The notes beneath the pieces are model-generated. The model had not been told where the DNA came from. It did not search any database and was given only the letters and a program-made list of their open reading frames with translations. A DNA stretch of 64,000 bases, taken from positions 25,773 through 89,772 of the forward strand of contig CALHMG010000054.1 of assembly GCA_938034705.1 (NCBI GenBank). Reading direction: 5' to 3'. Shown here piece after piece: positions 29,372 to 39,939 of this stretch; the first letter of the stretch is position 1; every line of letters starts with the position of its first letter. The stretch comes from an uncultured Gammaproteobacteria bacterium (GTDB lineage: Bacteria > Pseudomonadota > Gammaproteobacteria > Arenicellales > CALHMG01). A program made the position numbers and the translations under genes.

Positions 29372-30316
29372 ATGCGAATAATTTTCGCCGGTACACCGGA
29401 TTTTGCCGCGATGGCGCTGGCGGGACTCATCAGTCACGGCGCCGATGTTATTGCGGTTTACTCGCAACCCGATCGACGCGCCGGTCGTGGCAAGAAGCTC
29501 AAGCCGGGTCCGGTCAAGCTGCTCGCCGAAGAACACAATATCGACGTTTACCAACCCGAACGATTTGACGAACAGGCGATCCGGGAGTGGCGCAGCCACG
29601 AGGCCGATCTTGCAGTGGTCGCGGCCTACGGTCTGCTGTTGCCGCCGGACGTTCTGGACGCGCCGCGACTCGGCTGCGTGAACATTCATGCGTCGCTGCT
29701 GCCTCGATGGCGCGGCGCCGCTCCGATAAACCGCGCAATCGAAGCGGGCGATCGCGAGACCGGCATAACGCTCATGCAGATGGATGAAGGACTCGACACC
29801 GGCGCGATGCTGGCCAAAGCCACGGTGCCCGTGACCGAAACGACAACCGCCGCTGAACTCCACGACACTCTTGCCGCGCTGGGCGCCCGACTGCTGGTGG
29901 AAAATCTCGCCGCCCTTGAGCGACGTGAACTGAAGCCTGTACCGCAGTCCGAGGATGGAACCACCTACGCCCGCAAATTGTCCAAAGCAGAGTCACCCGT
30001 CAACTGGACGCTTGATGCGGCGGACATCGCACGACGGATCAGAGCCTTCGTGCCCTGGCCTGTCGCGACGTCCGTACATCAGGAAACCGTGCTTAAACTG
30101 TGGGATGCGAGTCATTCAGAAGATCCAGTCAATGCGCCGCCCGGTACCGTGGTCAGCGCTGATCGCAACGGCATTGAGGTCGCCGCGGGCCGTGGCGTCG
30201 TGAGTCTGCAACGTCTGCAGCGTCCGGGCGCAAAACCGGTTGACGTGCGCGACTTTCTCAACGGTTATCCGATCAAACCGGGTGAACGTTTCGACACCCC
30301 GCAGGACGGAAGTTGA
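29372..30316 (+). CDS. fmt: methionyl-tRNA formyltransferase
   Basis: MRIIFAGTPDFAA... and HASLLPRWRGAAPI. The track start at 29315 is an upstream extension. Confidence 0.93.
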   Translation: MRIIFAGTPDFAAMALAGLISHGADVIAVYSQPDRRAGRGKKLKPGPVKLLAEEHNIDVYQPERFDEQAIREWRSHEADLAVVAAYGLLLPPDVLDAPRLGCVNIHASLLPRWRGAAPINRAIEAGDRETGITLMQMDEGLDTGAMLAKATVPVTETTTAAELHDTLAALGARLLVENLAALERRELKPVPQSEDGTTYARKLSKAESPVNWTLDAADIARRIRAFVPWPVATSVHQETVLKLWDASHSEDPVNAPPGTVVSADRNGIEVAAGRGVVSLQRLQRPGAKPVDVRDFLNGYPIKPGERFDTPQDGS

Positions 30317-30333
30317 CCCGTGAGTGTTGACCT

Positions 30334-31722
30334 ATGAATCGACCCTCAGGCGACAACCCGTGGCGAAATTCCACAAGCCGCAAATCGGGTTCCGCGAAAG
30401 CGGGCCGTGGCAAAGCACGCCGTGCTCAGTTTGGTCCTCGCGCCTTCGCTGCCCGCGCCGTATCTGCGGTCGTCGATGAGGGCAAATCACTGAACGAAGC
30501 GCTGGGCGACAGACAGTCCCTTGATCCACGCGACAGCGCGCTCGTTCAGGAACTCACCTACGGCACACTGCGCGAATACTGGTCGCTGCGGGCAATCGCT
30601 GACGAAAAAATGACGCGGTCGCTCAAGTCAAAGGACGGCGACGTCCTGGCGTTGCTGCTCGTAGGTCTGTATCAGCTGCGATCAACGCGGGTTAAAACCC
30701 ATGCGGCAGTCAGCGAGACGGTCGACGGAGCCAACGATCTTGGAAAGACCTGGGCGCGCGGATTCATCAACGCGATCCTGCGAGGCGAACTGCGTGATCC
30801 AACTCCCGCCCCGGACAGGGAGTGCGACGCCGAAAGTTACTGGAATCACCCGCAGTGGCTGATCGAGAGTCTTGAAGCGGATTGGCCCCGGCAGAGCGAT
30901 TCGATCATGCAGGCGGCGAACACCCAGTCGCCGATGGTGCTGCGAGTCAACAGCGCTCGCACAACCGCTGCTGAATATCTGCAGGAGCTTCACACGGCCG
31001 ACATCAAAGCCGACACGGTCGATGACGCCGCTGACGCGATCGAGCTTGAGCAGCCCGTTGCAGTCCAGCGACTGCCCGGCTTTGAAAACGGGGTGGTGTC
31101 CGTGCAGGACGTGTGCGCCCAGATGGCCGTCGACGCGCTCGGCCCTCTGCCAGGCGAACGCATCCTCGATGCGTGCGCGGCGCCCGGCGGCAAGACCGGA
31201 CATATTCTCGAGCGCTGCGCCGGCAACGTCGAGGTCACGGCAATCGACTCCGATGAGCGACGACTGGTTCGTGTACACGAAAACCTCGATCGTCTCGGGT
31301 TTTCGGCGAATCTTGCCGTCGCCGATGCCGCAAGCCCCGGCGAATGGTGGGATGAAACCGGCTTTGACCGCATTCTGATCGATGCACCCTGCAGCGGTAC
31401 CGGCGTAATATCCAGACATCCCGATATCAAACACCTGCGCCGTCCATCAGACTTCGAAGGCTATGCAACCGCACAGAACGCTATCCTCGATTCATTGTGG
31501 AGGACCCTCAAGCCCGGTGGCACGATGGTGTACGCGACCTGCTCTGTTTTTCCTGAAGAAAACAGCCAGCGGATGCAGGCGTTCTTTGAACGAACCGAAG
31601 ACGCAACCGAAATCGACCCCGGTGAGCGTTTCGGGCTGCGCTGCGAGGCCGGCCGTCAGCGACTGCCCGGCATTCACCGTGGCGACGGCTTTTATTTCTG
31701 TGTGGCCAGGCGAGCGGCCTGA
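30334..31722 (+). CDS. rsmB: 16S rRNA (cytosine967-C5)-methyltransferase
   Basis: NusB-like N-terminal domain plus SAM methyltransferase motifs (DACAAPGGKT, DAPCSGTG, TCS). def-fmt-rsmB order. Confidence 0.92.
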   Translation: MNRPSGDNPWRNSTSRKSGSAKAGRGKARRAQFGPRAFAARAVSAVVDEGKSLNEALGDRQSLDPRDSALVQELTYGTLREYWSLRAIADEKMTRSLKSKDGDVLALLLVGLYQLRSTRVKTHAAVSETVDGANDLGKTWARGFINAILRGELRDPTPAPDRECDAESYWNHPQWLIESLEADWPRQSDSIMQAANTQSPMVLRVNSARTTAAEYLQELHTADIKADTVDDAADAIELEQPVAVQRLPGFENGVVSVQDVCAQMAVDALGPLPGERILDACAAPGGKTGHILERCAGNVEVTAIDSDERRLVRVHENLDRLGFSANLAVADAASPGEWWDETGFDRILIDAPCSGTGVISRHPDIKHLRRPSDFEGYATAQNAILDSLWRTLKPGGTMVYATCSVFPEENSQRMQAFFERTEDATEIDPGERFGLRCEAGRQRLPGIHRGDGFYFCVARRAA

Positions 31723-31764
31723 CACAATATGATTTCGGCCCACGGGGTCTGCTGCAGGCGGAGC

Positions 31765-32340
31765 ATGAAAAGACAACACACGAGATTGGTTCGAGGGATC
31801 GCATTGGCGACATCGATGCTGTTGATGTTGTGGGTTGGTCATGTACGCGCGGACTTCTCGGTTGAGTCGGTCGAGGCAACCATCAAGAACGAGCAGGTGC
31901 TCGTTGATCTTGATCTCGACCTGACCCTGTCGGACGAAGCCGAAGAAGCGCTCCAGCGCGGCATCCCTCTGATCATTTCCATCGAGATGGTACTCGGCAG
32001 AAACAGGCCTCTTATCTGGGACAGTCCGGTCGCGACGTGGAAGCGTGATGTTGAAATTTCCTATCATGCTCTTTCAGAACATTATCTGGTTCAGGAAACC
32101 GGTCGTGGGGAGATTCAGAATTTCCTCAACCTGTCCCAGGTCATGAGCGTCATCGGCAACCAGCGCGGGCTGAAAATTCCGGTGCCCAAGCTGCCGACCA
32201 ATTCCGAACTGAACTACGGCCTGAAAGTCCGGGCACGTCTTGACGCCGAAGCGCTGCCGACCCCACTGCGCCTCATGGCGTATCTGTCGCCAAGCTGGCG
32301 CCTGTCAACAGGATGGAGCAAATGGCCCGTCCAGCACTGA
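31765..32340 (+). CDS. DUF4390 periplasmic protein (start at 31765 or 31729)
   Basis: Signal peptide MKRQHTRLVRGIALATSMLLMLWVGHVRA. Conserved ...LPTPLRLMAYLSPSWRLSTGW... C-terminus. Overlaps the downstream kinase gene. Confidence 0.75.
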   Translation: MKRQHTRLVRGIALATSMLLMLWVGHVRADFSVESVEATIKNEQVLVDLDLDLTLSDEAEEALQRGIPLIISIEMVLGRNRPLIWDSPVATWKRDVEISYHALSEHYLVQETGRGEIQNFLNLSQVMSVIGNQRGLKIPVPKLPTNSELNYGLKVRARLDAEALPTPLRLMAYLSPSWRLSTGWSKWPVQH

Positions 32341-34556
32341 TTCGCAGTATCACCGGTCCAGCCGCCGGACTCGCTCTGTCCGTGGCGCTGCTGGTCGGCC
32401 TGTTCCTGCTGACCGAAGCCGCGCAGCACAGTACGGCACTCGGGGACATGTACTCCACGCTGCTGATGGTCAACGTGATCGGCATCGTCGCGTTGCTCGC
32501 TCTGATTCTGGCCAACGTCTGGCGCCTGATTCGCCAGCTCAAGAGTCAGGAACTCGGCAGCCGACTCACGCTGCGCCTGCTTGTGACCTTTTCCCTGCTG
32601 GCGGTTCTGCCGTTGTCCATCGTCTATTACTTTTCGGTGCAGTTTCTCAGCAAAGGTATCGACAGCTGGTTTGACGTTCGTATCGAGCAGGCGCTTGACG
32701 ACGCCATGCTGGTTGGACGCACGTCACTCGAAGCGGTAAAGCAGGATCTCGTGGATGACGTTCGCGAAAAAATTGGCGAACTTTCAGACACCACTGATTC
32801 AACGGACACTATTCGCCTGCTCGACGATATCCGTGAGTCCGGCGACTTTGGCGAGATGAGCCTGTTCACGGCCCAGGGCCGAATCATCGCATCGAGCAAT
32901 GACGACGCGACATCGCTGGTACCCGACACGCCCGACGAAAACATACTCGCCAACATAAGAAAGGGTCAGGAGTACACCAGCCTTGAACCGCTCTCCGACG
33001 GCGGACTCCAGTTGCGCGCCGTGCTGCCCGTCAACACGCGCGAGGTTTCAGAACCCGTACGGGTGCTGCAGGTGATTCAGGTCCTCCCTCTGCGCTACAC
33101 CAAACTCGGTGACAGCGTGCTCACGGCATCCAACGAGTACAAGAAACTTGTTTTTCTGCGCGGCCCGCTGAAATTCAGCTTTGTCCTGACGCTTTCGCTG
33201 GTCACGCTCATGACAACCCTGATCGCCTTGTGGATCGCCATATTCATGTCACGGCGACTGATGGCCCCGCTGCGAGACCTCGCCGAGGGCACCAAGGCCG
33301 TCGCCGAAGGTAACTATCTCAAGCAGCTGCCTGTCACCAGCAGTGACGAACTCGGCACGCTGGTGCAGTCCTTTAATGACATGACCCGCCAGATCAGTCA
33401 CGCGCAGAATCAGGTTCGCCGCAGCCAGCTTGAAACAGAAACCCAGCGCACGTGGCTCGAAACGATCCTGGCGCACCTGTCGTCCGGCGTTCTGGTGTTT
33501 GATCGATCCCTCAACCTCCTTGACGTTAACGCCGCCGCCAGTCAGATCCTCGGAACGACGCTGGAAGAGTTCGAGGGCGAGAGCATCGAACAGATCGTGC
33601 GTGAACGACCGGAGATCATTCCGCTGACAGAGGCTATCGAGAACGGCATGGCCGAAGATGTGCCGGAGTGGCAGGCGGAGGTCGCCACAACCGGACTGCG
33701 CGGCCGACGTGTGCTGATGTGTCGCGGTACCAGACTTGCGACTACGGTTGCGCGAAGTGGCGGTATCGTTGTTGTTTTCGACGACGTCACCGACATGATT
33801 CAGGCCCAGCGCGACGCCGCATGGGGCGATGTCGCGAGGCGACTCGCTCACGAAATCAAAAACCCTCTCACACCCATCCAGCTGTCCGCCGAGCGCATCA
33901 GACGCAAGTATCTGGACCGGGTCGACGAGGACGAACGCGACACACTCGACCGGGCGACACGCACCATCTCGCAGCAGGTGTCTTCCATGAAAGAAATGGT
34001 CGATGCCTTTGCAACCTATGCCCAGCCGATGGTGATGAATCCAAACGAGCTGGATCTGAATCGCCTGGTTCAGGACGTGGCTGAACTACACCGATCGGAT
34101 GATCGACCGCTGAATCTTGTTCTGGAACTCGATCAGCAGGCGCAGAGAATCGTTGCGGACGCCGACCGAATACGCCAGGTGCTGAATAACCTGATCCTCA
34201 ACGCCCGGGACGCCATGGCGAATACGCCCAACGCGACCATCACGATAACAACCACGTGGGAGTCCGACGACACCGAGGGTGCCATCGAGATTCAGGTCAG
34301 CGACAACGGACCGGGGTTTCCGGACGACATGATGGAACGGATCTATGAGCCGTACGTCACAACCAAAGAAAAAGGCACCGGCCTCGGTCTTGCGATTGTT
34401 AAACGAATTGTTGAAGAACATGGCGGACAGATCTGGGCCAAGAATCTGCGATCCGGCGGAGCATCGATTAACATTCGATTGCCTAAACTGGTTGTCCGAA
34501 ATGCCGCATTGACCGATCCTTCGGTTAAGATCACCCGACTACGAACCGGAAGCTGA
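32313..34556 (+). CDS. ntrY: NtrY-type sensor histidine kinase
   Basis: N-terminal TM helices, HAMP, PAS, H-box RRLAHEIKNPLTPIQLSAERIRRKY, and an HATPase domain (DNGPGF, GTGLGLAIV). Confidence 0.85.
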   Translation: MEQMARPALIRSITGPAAGLALSVALLVGLFLLTEAAQHSTALGDMYSTLLMVNVIGIVALLALILANVWRLIRQLKSQELGSRLTLRLLVTFSLLAVLPLSIVYYFSVQFLSKGIDSWFDVRIEQALDDAMLVGRTSLEAVKQDLVDDVREKIGELSDTTDSTDTIRLLDDIRESGDFGEMSLFTAQGRIIASSNDDATSLVPDTPDENILANIRKGQEYTSLEPLSDGGLQLRAVLPVNTREVSEPVRVLQVIQVLPLRYTKLGDSVLTASNEYKKLVFLRGPLKFSFVLTLSLVTLMTTLIALWIAIFMSRRLMAPLRDLAEGTKAVAEGNYLKQLPVTSSDELGTLVQSFNDMTRQISHAQNQVRRSQLETETQRTWLETILAHLSSGVLVFDRSLNLLDVNAAASQILGTTLEEFEGESIEQIVRERPEIIPLTEAIENGMAEDVPEWQAEVATTGLRGRRVLMCRGTRLATTVARSGGIVVVFDDVTDMIQAQRDAAWGDVARRLAHEIKNPLTPIQLSAERIRRKYLDRVDEDERDTLDRATRTISQQVSSMKEMVDAFATYAQPMVMNPNELDLNRLVQDVAELHRSDDRPLNLVLELDQQAQRIVADADRIRQVLNNLILNARDAMANTPNATITITTTWESDDTEGAIEIQVSDNGPGFPDDMMERIYEPYVTTKEKGTGLGLAIVKRIVEEHGGQIWAKNLRSGGASINIRLPKLVVRNAALTDPSVKITRLRTGS

Positions 34557-34570
34557 GTTATCCTCGGGCC

Positions 34571-35938
34571 ATGAGTGCTGAACATATTCTTGTTGTCGAC
34601 GACGAACCCGATATTCGGGAGATCGTCCGCGAGATCCTCACGGATGAGGATTACTCGGTTGTTGTTGCCGACAACGCCGAGTCCGCGCGTGAAATGCGCG
34701 CCAAGCGTGACCCGGATCTGGTGCTGCTGGACATATGGATGCCGGGCACGGACGGCATTTCGCTGCTGAAGGAATGGCACGAAGAAGGACTTGAGGTTCC
34801 GGTCATCATGATCTCCGGTCACGGCAACGTCGAAACCGCCGTTGAGGCAGTTCGACACGGCGCCTACGACTTCCTCGAAAAACCGCTCTCAACCGCGAAG
34901 CTGCTAGTCACCATTGAGCGCGCGTTGCTGACACGCAACCTCAAGCGCGAAAATAAACAGCTCCGAAGTCAGCTTGAGCCGGCGACAACGCTGGTTGGCA
35001 GCAGCAGCGATCTGTCCTCGCTTCGCGCCACCATAGAACGTGTTGGCCCGACCGAAAGCTGGGCACTGATAACGGGTGAACCCGGCAGCGGCAAAGGCGT
35101 CGTCGCGAGCTGTCTGCACCTCGCGAGCAATCGCAGAGACAATCCGTTTATCCATGTCAGCCTTGGCGCTGTGCCCGCTGACAGTCTGGCCGTCCAGCTT
35201 TTTGGCAGCGAAGAAAACGGTGTGGTTAACCCCGGCTACTTTGATACGGCGCGTGGCGGCACGCTGTTTCTCGACGCCATTGGTGATACGGATCTCGCGA
35301 TTCAGGGCAAGCTGCTGTCAGCCCTGGAAGACGGCAGCTACATCCGGGTGGGTGGACAGGAACGGGTTGATATCGACGTTCGGGTCCTGTGCGCGACCAA
35401 TCAGAATCTCGCCGAAGCCGTCGCGGCCGGAGACTTTCGAGAAGATCTCTATTACCGGATCAACGCACTGACGGTGCACGTCACGCCACTTCGCGAACAT
35501 GTCGAGGACATACCGGAACTCGTCAGATTCTATGTCGATCTTCTTGTGGAAACGGACAGCCTGACCTATCGTCAATTCAGCACCGGCGCGTTGAACGCGC
35601 TTCGAAACCACGACTGGCCGGGTAATGTGAGAGAACTTCGCAACATCGTACAGCGACTTCTGATCAGCAACAGGAGTGACGACGTCGACGCCATGGAAGT
35701 CGCCGACGCGCTGGGTGCCGTTGCGAGAACCGACACCCGAAGCTTTCCCAAAGCCGTATTCGAAATGCCGCTGCGGGACGCGCGGGACGAATTTGAAAAA
35801 TCCTACCTCGAGCATCATCTGGACAAGACGAGCGGCAACATGACCGAACTCGCAAGCGCGGTCGGCCTTGAGCGCACGCATCTTTACCGAAAGCTCAAGG
35901 GACTCGGCATTGACCCGAAGTCCCGCAAAGCTGACTGA
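34571..35938 (+). CDS. ntrX: NtrX-type response regulator (REC + AAA+ + Fis HTH) with a degenerate GAFTGA loop
   Basis: REC domain (DLVLLDIWMPG), Walker A GEPGSGKG, R-finger region GNVRELRN, and a C-terminal HTH. Immediately follows the kinase gene. Confidence 0.85.
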   Translation: MSAEHILVVDDEPDIREIVREILTDEDYSVVVADNAESAREMRAKRDPDLVLLDIWMPGTDGISLLKEWHEEGLEVPVIMISGHGNVETAVEAVRHGAYDFLEKPLSTAKLLVTIERALLTRNLKRENKQLRSQLEPATTLVGSSSDLSSLRATIERVGPTESWALITGEPGSGKGVVASCLHLASNRRDNPFIHVSLGAVPADSLAVQLFGSEENGVVNPGYFDTARGGTLFLDAIGDTDLAIQGKLLSALEDGSYIRVGGQERVDIDVRVLCATNQNLAEAVAAGDFREDLYYRINALTVHVTPLREHVEDIPELVRFYVDLLVETDSLTYRQFSTGALNALRNHDWPGNVRELRNIVQRLLISNRSDDVDAMEVADALGAVARTDTRSFPKAVFEMPLRDARDEFEKSYLEHHLDKTSGNMTELASAVGLERTHLYRKLKGLGIDPKSRKAD

Positions 35939-35997
35939 TCATCGCCTGCGTACGTCGAGCTATATCCTGACATCATGACTCGAGATCCGGTAACCAG

Positions 35998-37374
35998 ATG
36001 AAAATTGTCATCCTCGGAGCCGGACAGGTCGGTTCATCCACCGCAGAGATTCTGGCTGCAGAAAACCACGACGTGTCTCTGGTCGATGTAGACAGCGACA
36101 CCCTGGTCAGACCCGGCGAGAAATCCGACATTCAGACCGTCACCGGAAACTGCATGTTCCCCGAAGTACTTGCCGAAGCCGGAGCCGAAGACGCTGAACT
36201 GGTGATGGCCGTGACGACGTCGGACGAAGTCAACATGGTCGCGTGCCAGATCGCGCACACGCTGTTCAGCACGCCGAACAAGGTAGCCCGCATCCGTGCG
36301 CCGTCTTTTCTCGCCAATCGCGAAATCTTCAACGACAAGTCGATCCCCATCGACAACATCATCAGCCCCGAGGAAATCGTAACGCGGCAGGTGGTTAGAC
36401 TTATCGAACACCCGGGCGCACTCCAGGTCCTCGATTTTGCCGACGGCAAGATTCAGCTTGTCGCGATTCGCGCCGAGGCGAACAGTCCGATTGTCAATCA
36501 CCAGATCAAGGATCTGAAAGACCATCTCCCCGGCGTCGATTCACGCGTCGCGGCGATCTACCGCGGTGACCGCTCGGTGCCGGCCGACGGCGACACGGTG
36601 GTGCAGCCCGACGACGAAGTTTTCTTTGTCGCGGCGCGCGAACACATCAAGGCGGTAATGCGCGAGCTGCATTCGGAAGTGAAACCGACCAGAAGGGTAA
36701 TGATCGCCGGCGCCGGCAACATTGGCCTGCGACTTGCCAAGGCGGTCGTAAAGCGCAAATACAACTGCAAGATCATCGAGCGCGACAAAAAGCGAGGAGA
36801 AGAGGTAACAACAATCCTCGATGGCATGCTGGTATTGAAAGGCGATGCCGCCGATGAAGAAATGCTGCGGGAAGAAAACATCGAATCTTTCGATGTCTTC
36901 TGCTCGGTCACCAACGATGACGAAGCCAACATCCTGTCTGCCATGCTGGCCAAACGTCTCGGTGTCAGAACCGTGATCGCACTGGTCAATCGACCATCGT
37001 ATACAGAACTCATCGAGGGAACCGGCGTAGACATAGCGATCGCTCCACGCACGGCGACGGTGGGCACCCTGCTGACGACGATTCGTCGCGGTGACATGGT
37101 TGCCGTTCACTCGCTGCGAAACGGCGCTGCCGAGGCGATCGAGGTTATCGCCCACGGAGACCCCACCACGTCAAAAGTCGTGGGTCGCCGCGTGGGGGAA
37201 ATGGATCTTCCGAGCGGCACCAAAATTGGTGCGCTGCTTCGGGGCGAGGAGGTCGTTATCGCCCACGACAACGTGGAAATTCAGGAAAACGACCATCTGA
37301 TTCTGTTTGTAACCGATAAACAGCACATTCCAGAGGTGGAGCAGCTGTTTTCAGTGTCACCTCTGTCGATCTAG
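35998..37374 (+). CDS. trkA: Trk potassium uptake protein TrkA
   Basis: Two RCK/Rossmann halves (MKIVILGAGQVGS; VMIAGAGNIGLRLA). 458 aa. Confidence 0.95.
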   Translation: MKIVILGAGQVGSSTAEILAAENHDVSLVDVDSDTLVRPGEKSDIQTVTGNCMFPEVLAEAGAEDAELVMAVTTSDEVNMVACQIAHTLFSTPNKVARIRAPSFLANREIFNDKSIPIDNIISPEEIVTRQVVRLIEHPGALQVLDFADGKIQLVAIRAEANSPIVNHQIKDLKDHLPGVDSRVAAIYRGDRSVPADGDTVVQPDDEVFFVAAREHIKAVMRELHSEVKPTRRVMIAGAGNIGLRLAKAVVKRKYNCKIIERDKKRGEEVTTILDGMLVLKGDAADEEMLREENIESFDVFCSVTNDDEANILSAMLAKRLGVRTVIALVNRPSYTELIEGTGVDIAIAPRTATVGTLLTTIRRGDMVAVHSLRNGAAEAIEVIAHGDPTTSKVVGRRVGEMDLPSGTKIGALLRGEEVVIAHDNVEIQENDHLILFVTDKQHIPEVEQLFSVSPLSI

Positions 37375-37407
37375 ACTGACCCTCCCCGCAACCTCCCGAA
37401 CCCGCTC

Positions 37408-38859
37408 ATGCACCTGAAAGTCGTTCTGCGTATTGTCGGGTTTCTGCTCATGATGTTTTCGAGCACGCTGGCCGTGCCCGCACTGCTCTCAAGCTTCGTC
37501 AATGACGGGGTTCTGCAGCCGTTTCTGATTGCGTTTGTCGTCACCCTGATCACGGGACTCGTATGCTGGGTCCCCGTGCGCAACGACAAACAGGAGCTGC
37601 GCTTTCGCGACGGTTTTCTGATCGTTGTGCTGTTCTGGACGGTGCTTGCGCTGTTTGGCGCTTTGCCGTTCGTGCTTCTCGACAAGCCGGACATTTCGAT
37701 CACCGAAGCATTCTTTGAATCGATGTCGGGCCTCACCACAACCGGTGCCACCACGCTTACCGGTATCGACGACCTGCCAATGTCGATTCGCTACTACCGC
37801 CAGCAGCTGCAGTGGCTTGGCGGCATGGGCATCATCGTGCTCGCGGTCGCCGTGATGCCGATGCTCGGGGTTGGCGGCATGCAGCTCTACCGCGCCGAAA
37901 CGCCCGGGCCCGTTAAAAATTCAAAGCTGACACCCCGGATTGCCGAGACAGCCAAAGCGCTGTGGATGATTTATCTCGGGCTTACGATCGCGTGCATGCT
38001 CGGTTATCTGGTTGCCGGAATGTCGCTGTTCGATGCGATTACCCACAGCTTTTCCACCGTGGCGATCGGCGGATTTTCAACCCACGACGCAAGCCTCGGT
38101 CACTTTGACAACGTGGCCGTATACCTCGTTGCCATGGTTTTCATGTTGATTGCGGCGATGAATTTCGGAATGCACTTCATCGCGTTCAGAAGCAAACGCG
38201 TCAGCCACTATCTCCAGGATTCTGAAAGCCGCGTCTATCTCATGACGATCGGCATCGCCTGCGTCGTCGTTGTCGCAACTCTCATCTACACCAAGACGAT
38301 GGACTCTACGTCGGACGCCGTTCTGCACGGTGCGTTTCAGGTTGTCAGCATTGCCACCACTACCGGGTTTACCACGGCGCAGTTCAGCACGTGGCCGGTG
38401 TTTCTGCCGGCGCTGCTCATCGTGCTCAGCGTTGTCGGCGGCTGTGGCGGATCTACGGCAGGCGGCATGAAGGTTATTCGCATGCTGCTGCTGTTCAAAC
38501 AGGGCAAGCGAGAGATCGAAAAGCTGGTTCACCCCAACGCCCTGATAACGATCAAACTCAACGGCAAGCGAATCGACGACAACGTGATCAGCGCCGTATG
38601 GGGATTTTTCTCGCTATACGTTTTCAGCTTTACGCTGCTGGCGCTTGCGATGGTCGGCACCGGCGTCGATATCATCACCGGGTTCTCTGCCGTCACCGCC
38701 TGTCTTAACAACCTTGGACCGGGGCTGGGGTTTGTCGCCGAAAACTACCAGGGACTTCCCTCTTCGGCCAAATGGATTCTGTCTGTGGCGATGCTGATGG
38801 GTCGCCTCGAACTGTTTACGCTGCTGGTGCTCCTTACCCGCACGTACTGGCGAGACTGA
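37408..38859 (+). CDS. trkH: Trk system potassium transporter TrkH
   Basis: 483-aa polytopic membrane protein with repeated selectivity-filter-like GLTTTG, ATTTGF and GSTAGG segments. Follows trkA. Confidence 0.93.
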   Translation: MHLKVVLRIVGFLLMMFSSTLAVPALLSSFVNDGVLQPFLIAFVVTLITGLVCWVPVRNDKQELRFRDGFLIVVLFWTVLALFGALPFVLLDKPDISITEAFFESMSGLTTTGATTLTGIDDLPMSIRYYRQQLQWLGGMGIIVLAVAVMPMLGVGGMQLYRAETPGPVKNSKLTPRIAETAKALWMIYLGLTIACMLGYLVAGMSLFDAITHSFSTVAIGGFSTHDASLGHFDNVAVYLVAMVFMLIAAMNFGMHFIAFRSKRVSHYLQDSESRVYLMTIGIACVVVVATLIYTKTMDSTSDAVLHGAFQVVSIATTTGFTTAQFSTWPVFLPALLIVLSVVGGCGGSTAGGMKVIRMLLLFKQGKREIEKLVHPNALITIKLNGKRIDDNVISAVWGFFSLYVFSFTLLALAMVGTGVDIITGFSAVTACLNNLGPGLGFVAENYQGLPSSAKWILSVAMLMGRLELFTLLVLLTRTYWRD

Positions 38860-38879
38860 GCGCGAACCCGCAGGTGTGT

Positions 38880-39896
38880 TCAGCGTCGTCTGGTTTTGAG
38901 AATGCGAATCGCCTGACTGGTCACCGTGTCGGGGCTGATACCTTCAAGACAGCGGAACTCGCAACCTCGGCGCGAATCACACCGATTGCAGTCGTCGGCT
39001 CTGAGAATTACCGACTCCGCGATTCCTCTGGGACCGACGCGATGCTCATCGGTGGGACCAAACAAAGACACGAGAGGCGTGCCGACAGCGGCGGACAGGT
39101 GCATTGGAAAGCTGTCACCGGATATCAACAGTCGGGCACGCCGAATGAGTTCAACAAACTGAAGTAACGAAAGTTCGCCGGCCACCGCCAGCGTCTGTGG
39201 GCGCTTGGTGGAGACAACGAGCTCTTCAATTTCCCTGGCTCGATCCGGGGAGCCGGTAACAAGAACCCAGATGTCGCCCGGCAGTTGCGCAATCATTTCC
39301 CGATAGCGAGCGACGCTCCAGTCCTTGGATTCACGGCGACTGAAAGGACTGACCACGACCATGGCATCGGCAGATCCGATACCGTTTTCGACGAGGTAGG
39401 TTTCCACCGCCCGGCGCTCGTCGTCGCTGACCTGAATTTCCATGTTCGTCTCACCTACGGTGAGACCCGCCAGGGCAAGGACGCTGTCCATTTCCTCGAT
39501 CGCATGCTGCTCTCGATCGCGATGCCCTTTCAGTCCGGGCCAGTTGCCTTTGACAAATTTTTGTTTCGCCTGCGCGCCGTACAGAAACAGAACACTCTTG
39601 GCCAGACCCTGCAAATCGAACGCAATTTCGTACTGTCGCCGACGAACGCTGCGCAAAGTCTCGCGAATATGCCTGATGCAGGCGACGGGATGCCGGTACC
39701 ACTCACGCTTTATGCGGTAGCGATCAAATTCTATGATTTCATCAACGTTTGGATTGTGACGATACAGGTCCACAGATGGCGTCGCCGTCAGCAACGTGAT
39801 GTGCGCGTCGGGGAAATTCCTGCGGATGGACCTGACATGCCCCGTTGAGTGAAGCACATCACCCAGCGACGTCTGTTTGATCACAAGAATATTCAT
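38880..39896 (-). CDS. glycosyltransferase family 9 (LPS heptosyltransferase-like)
   Basis: MNILVIKQTSLGDVLHSTG... N-terminus and ...LISGDSFPMHLSAAVGTPLVSLFGPT... C-terminal half, typical of WaaC/WaaF-type enzymes. Confidence 0.85.
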   Translation of the reverse strand: MNILVIKQTSLGDVLHSTGHVRSIRRNFPDAHITLLTATPSVDLYRHNPNVDEIIEFDRYRIKREWYRHPVACIRHIRETLRSVRRRQYEIAFDLQGLAKSVLFLYGAQAKQKFVKGNWPGLKGHRDREQHAIEEMDSVLALAGLTVGETNMEIQVSDDERRAVETYLVENGIGSADAMVVVSPFSRRESKDWSVARYREMIAQLPGDIWVLVTGSPDRAREIEELVVSTKRPQTLAVAGELSLLQFVELIRRARLLISGDSFPMHLSAAVGTPLVSLFGPTDEHRVGPRGIAESVILRADDCNRCDSRRGCEFRCLEGISPDTVTSQAIRILKTRRR

Positions 39897-39939
39897 GTTC
39901 AGGTTTTGCTCGCAGCGACACCGGGGCAGAGGTGGAAGA

